From Gnetum montanum (taxonomy: Eukaryota; Plantae; Gnetophyta): a stretch of DNA of 64,000 bases. The stretch spans positions 78,038-142,037 of the forward strand of contig MNCI01002624.1 in assembly GCA_015680685.1 (NCBI GenBank), read 5' to 3'. A program made the translations under genes and the position numbers. Positions 63,801-64,000 of the stretch are shown here, piece after piece (within the stretch, counting starts at the first letter, position 1; every line of letters begins with the position of its first letter). Below the pieces are notes generated by a model that was given only the letters and a program-made list of their open reading frames with translations, had not been told where the DNA came from and ran no database searches.

Positions 63801-64000
63801 GGCTTAAGGTGTGAACGGAAAGTGGGAATAGATACTGATGCTAGGTTAATTAATACTTAGTTAGTTAAAGTTATTTACTTAGTCTCTTCACCCTTTCCCT
63901 CATTAGTATAGGAGATAAAACATAAAAGATATAAAAATCACATACCTCAAACTTACTTAACAATACAACCGTAACAAATACAAGTAAGTCTAGGAAGAAA
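54829..64000 (+). mobile_element. Near-complete degenerate Athila-like gypsy element: 5' LTR 54829-55250 (gapped), PBS 55252-55269, gag-pol, 3' LTR from 63299 running off the window
   Basis: Both LTRs start TGATGGGATG and share long identity (CTAGATCTAGACCCTTAGCGAAACTCT...). PBS TAGCACCATTGTCGGGGA; PPT-like AGTCATGGGGGTA before 63299. Confidence 0.92.
56320..61260 (+). pseudogene. gag-PR-RT-RH-INT pseudogene of the Athila-like element
   Basis: Protease ALLDSSPRVNLIS (~58049); RT MPFGLCNA and VFMDDF (59401); RH TNASNYALGAVL and EKELMAIVFALDKFRHY; INT GGHYAG, GIDFM, VDYLTKWVE, ISDNG. Many stops. Confidence 0.92.

Overview
AT-rich, CpG-depleted, repeat-saturated eukaryotic DNA, most likely heterochromatin of a large-genome land plant (inferred from the Athila/Tat/chromovirus/Copia LTR lineages and a plant-type 5S fragment). 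No intact host gene was found. Most of the window is nested, decayed LTR retrotransposons: a chromovirus-like element (17-5402), a Copia remnant (18134-22661), a Tat-like solo LTR plus a truncated Tat-like element (28489-29876, 33066-~38890), several Athila-like elements on both strands (30051-33065, ~38890-45778, 45779-~48900, 54829-64000+), and degenerate tandem arrays. The stand-out is a younger, CpG-rich ~7.6 kb rolling-circle transposon (~8687-16280). Its 6-exon Rep-helicase gene (10030-16063, ~1746 codons, no frameshifts, six stops all explicable as C>T) carries Helentron/Helitron2-type rather than canonical plant Helitron motifs. It also has an RG-repeat N-terminus, a structured promoter, and an antisense fragment resembling the start of a clade-A PP2C gene. 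All family assignments come from motif recognition by eye; no searches were run.
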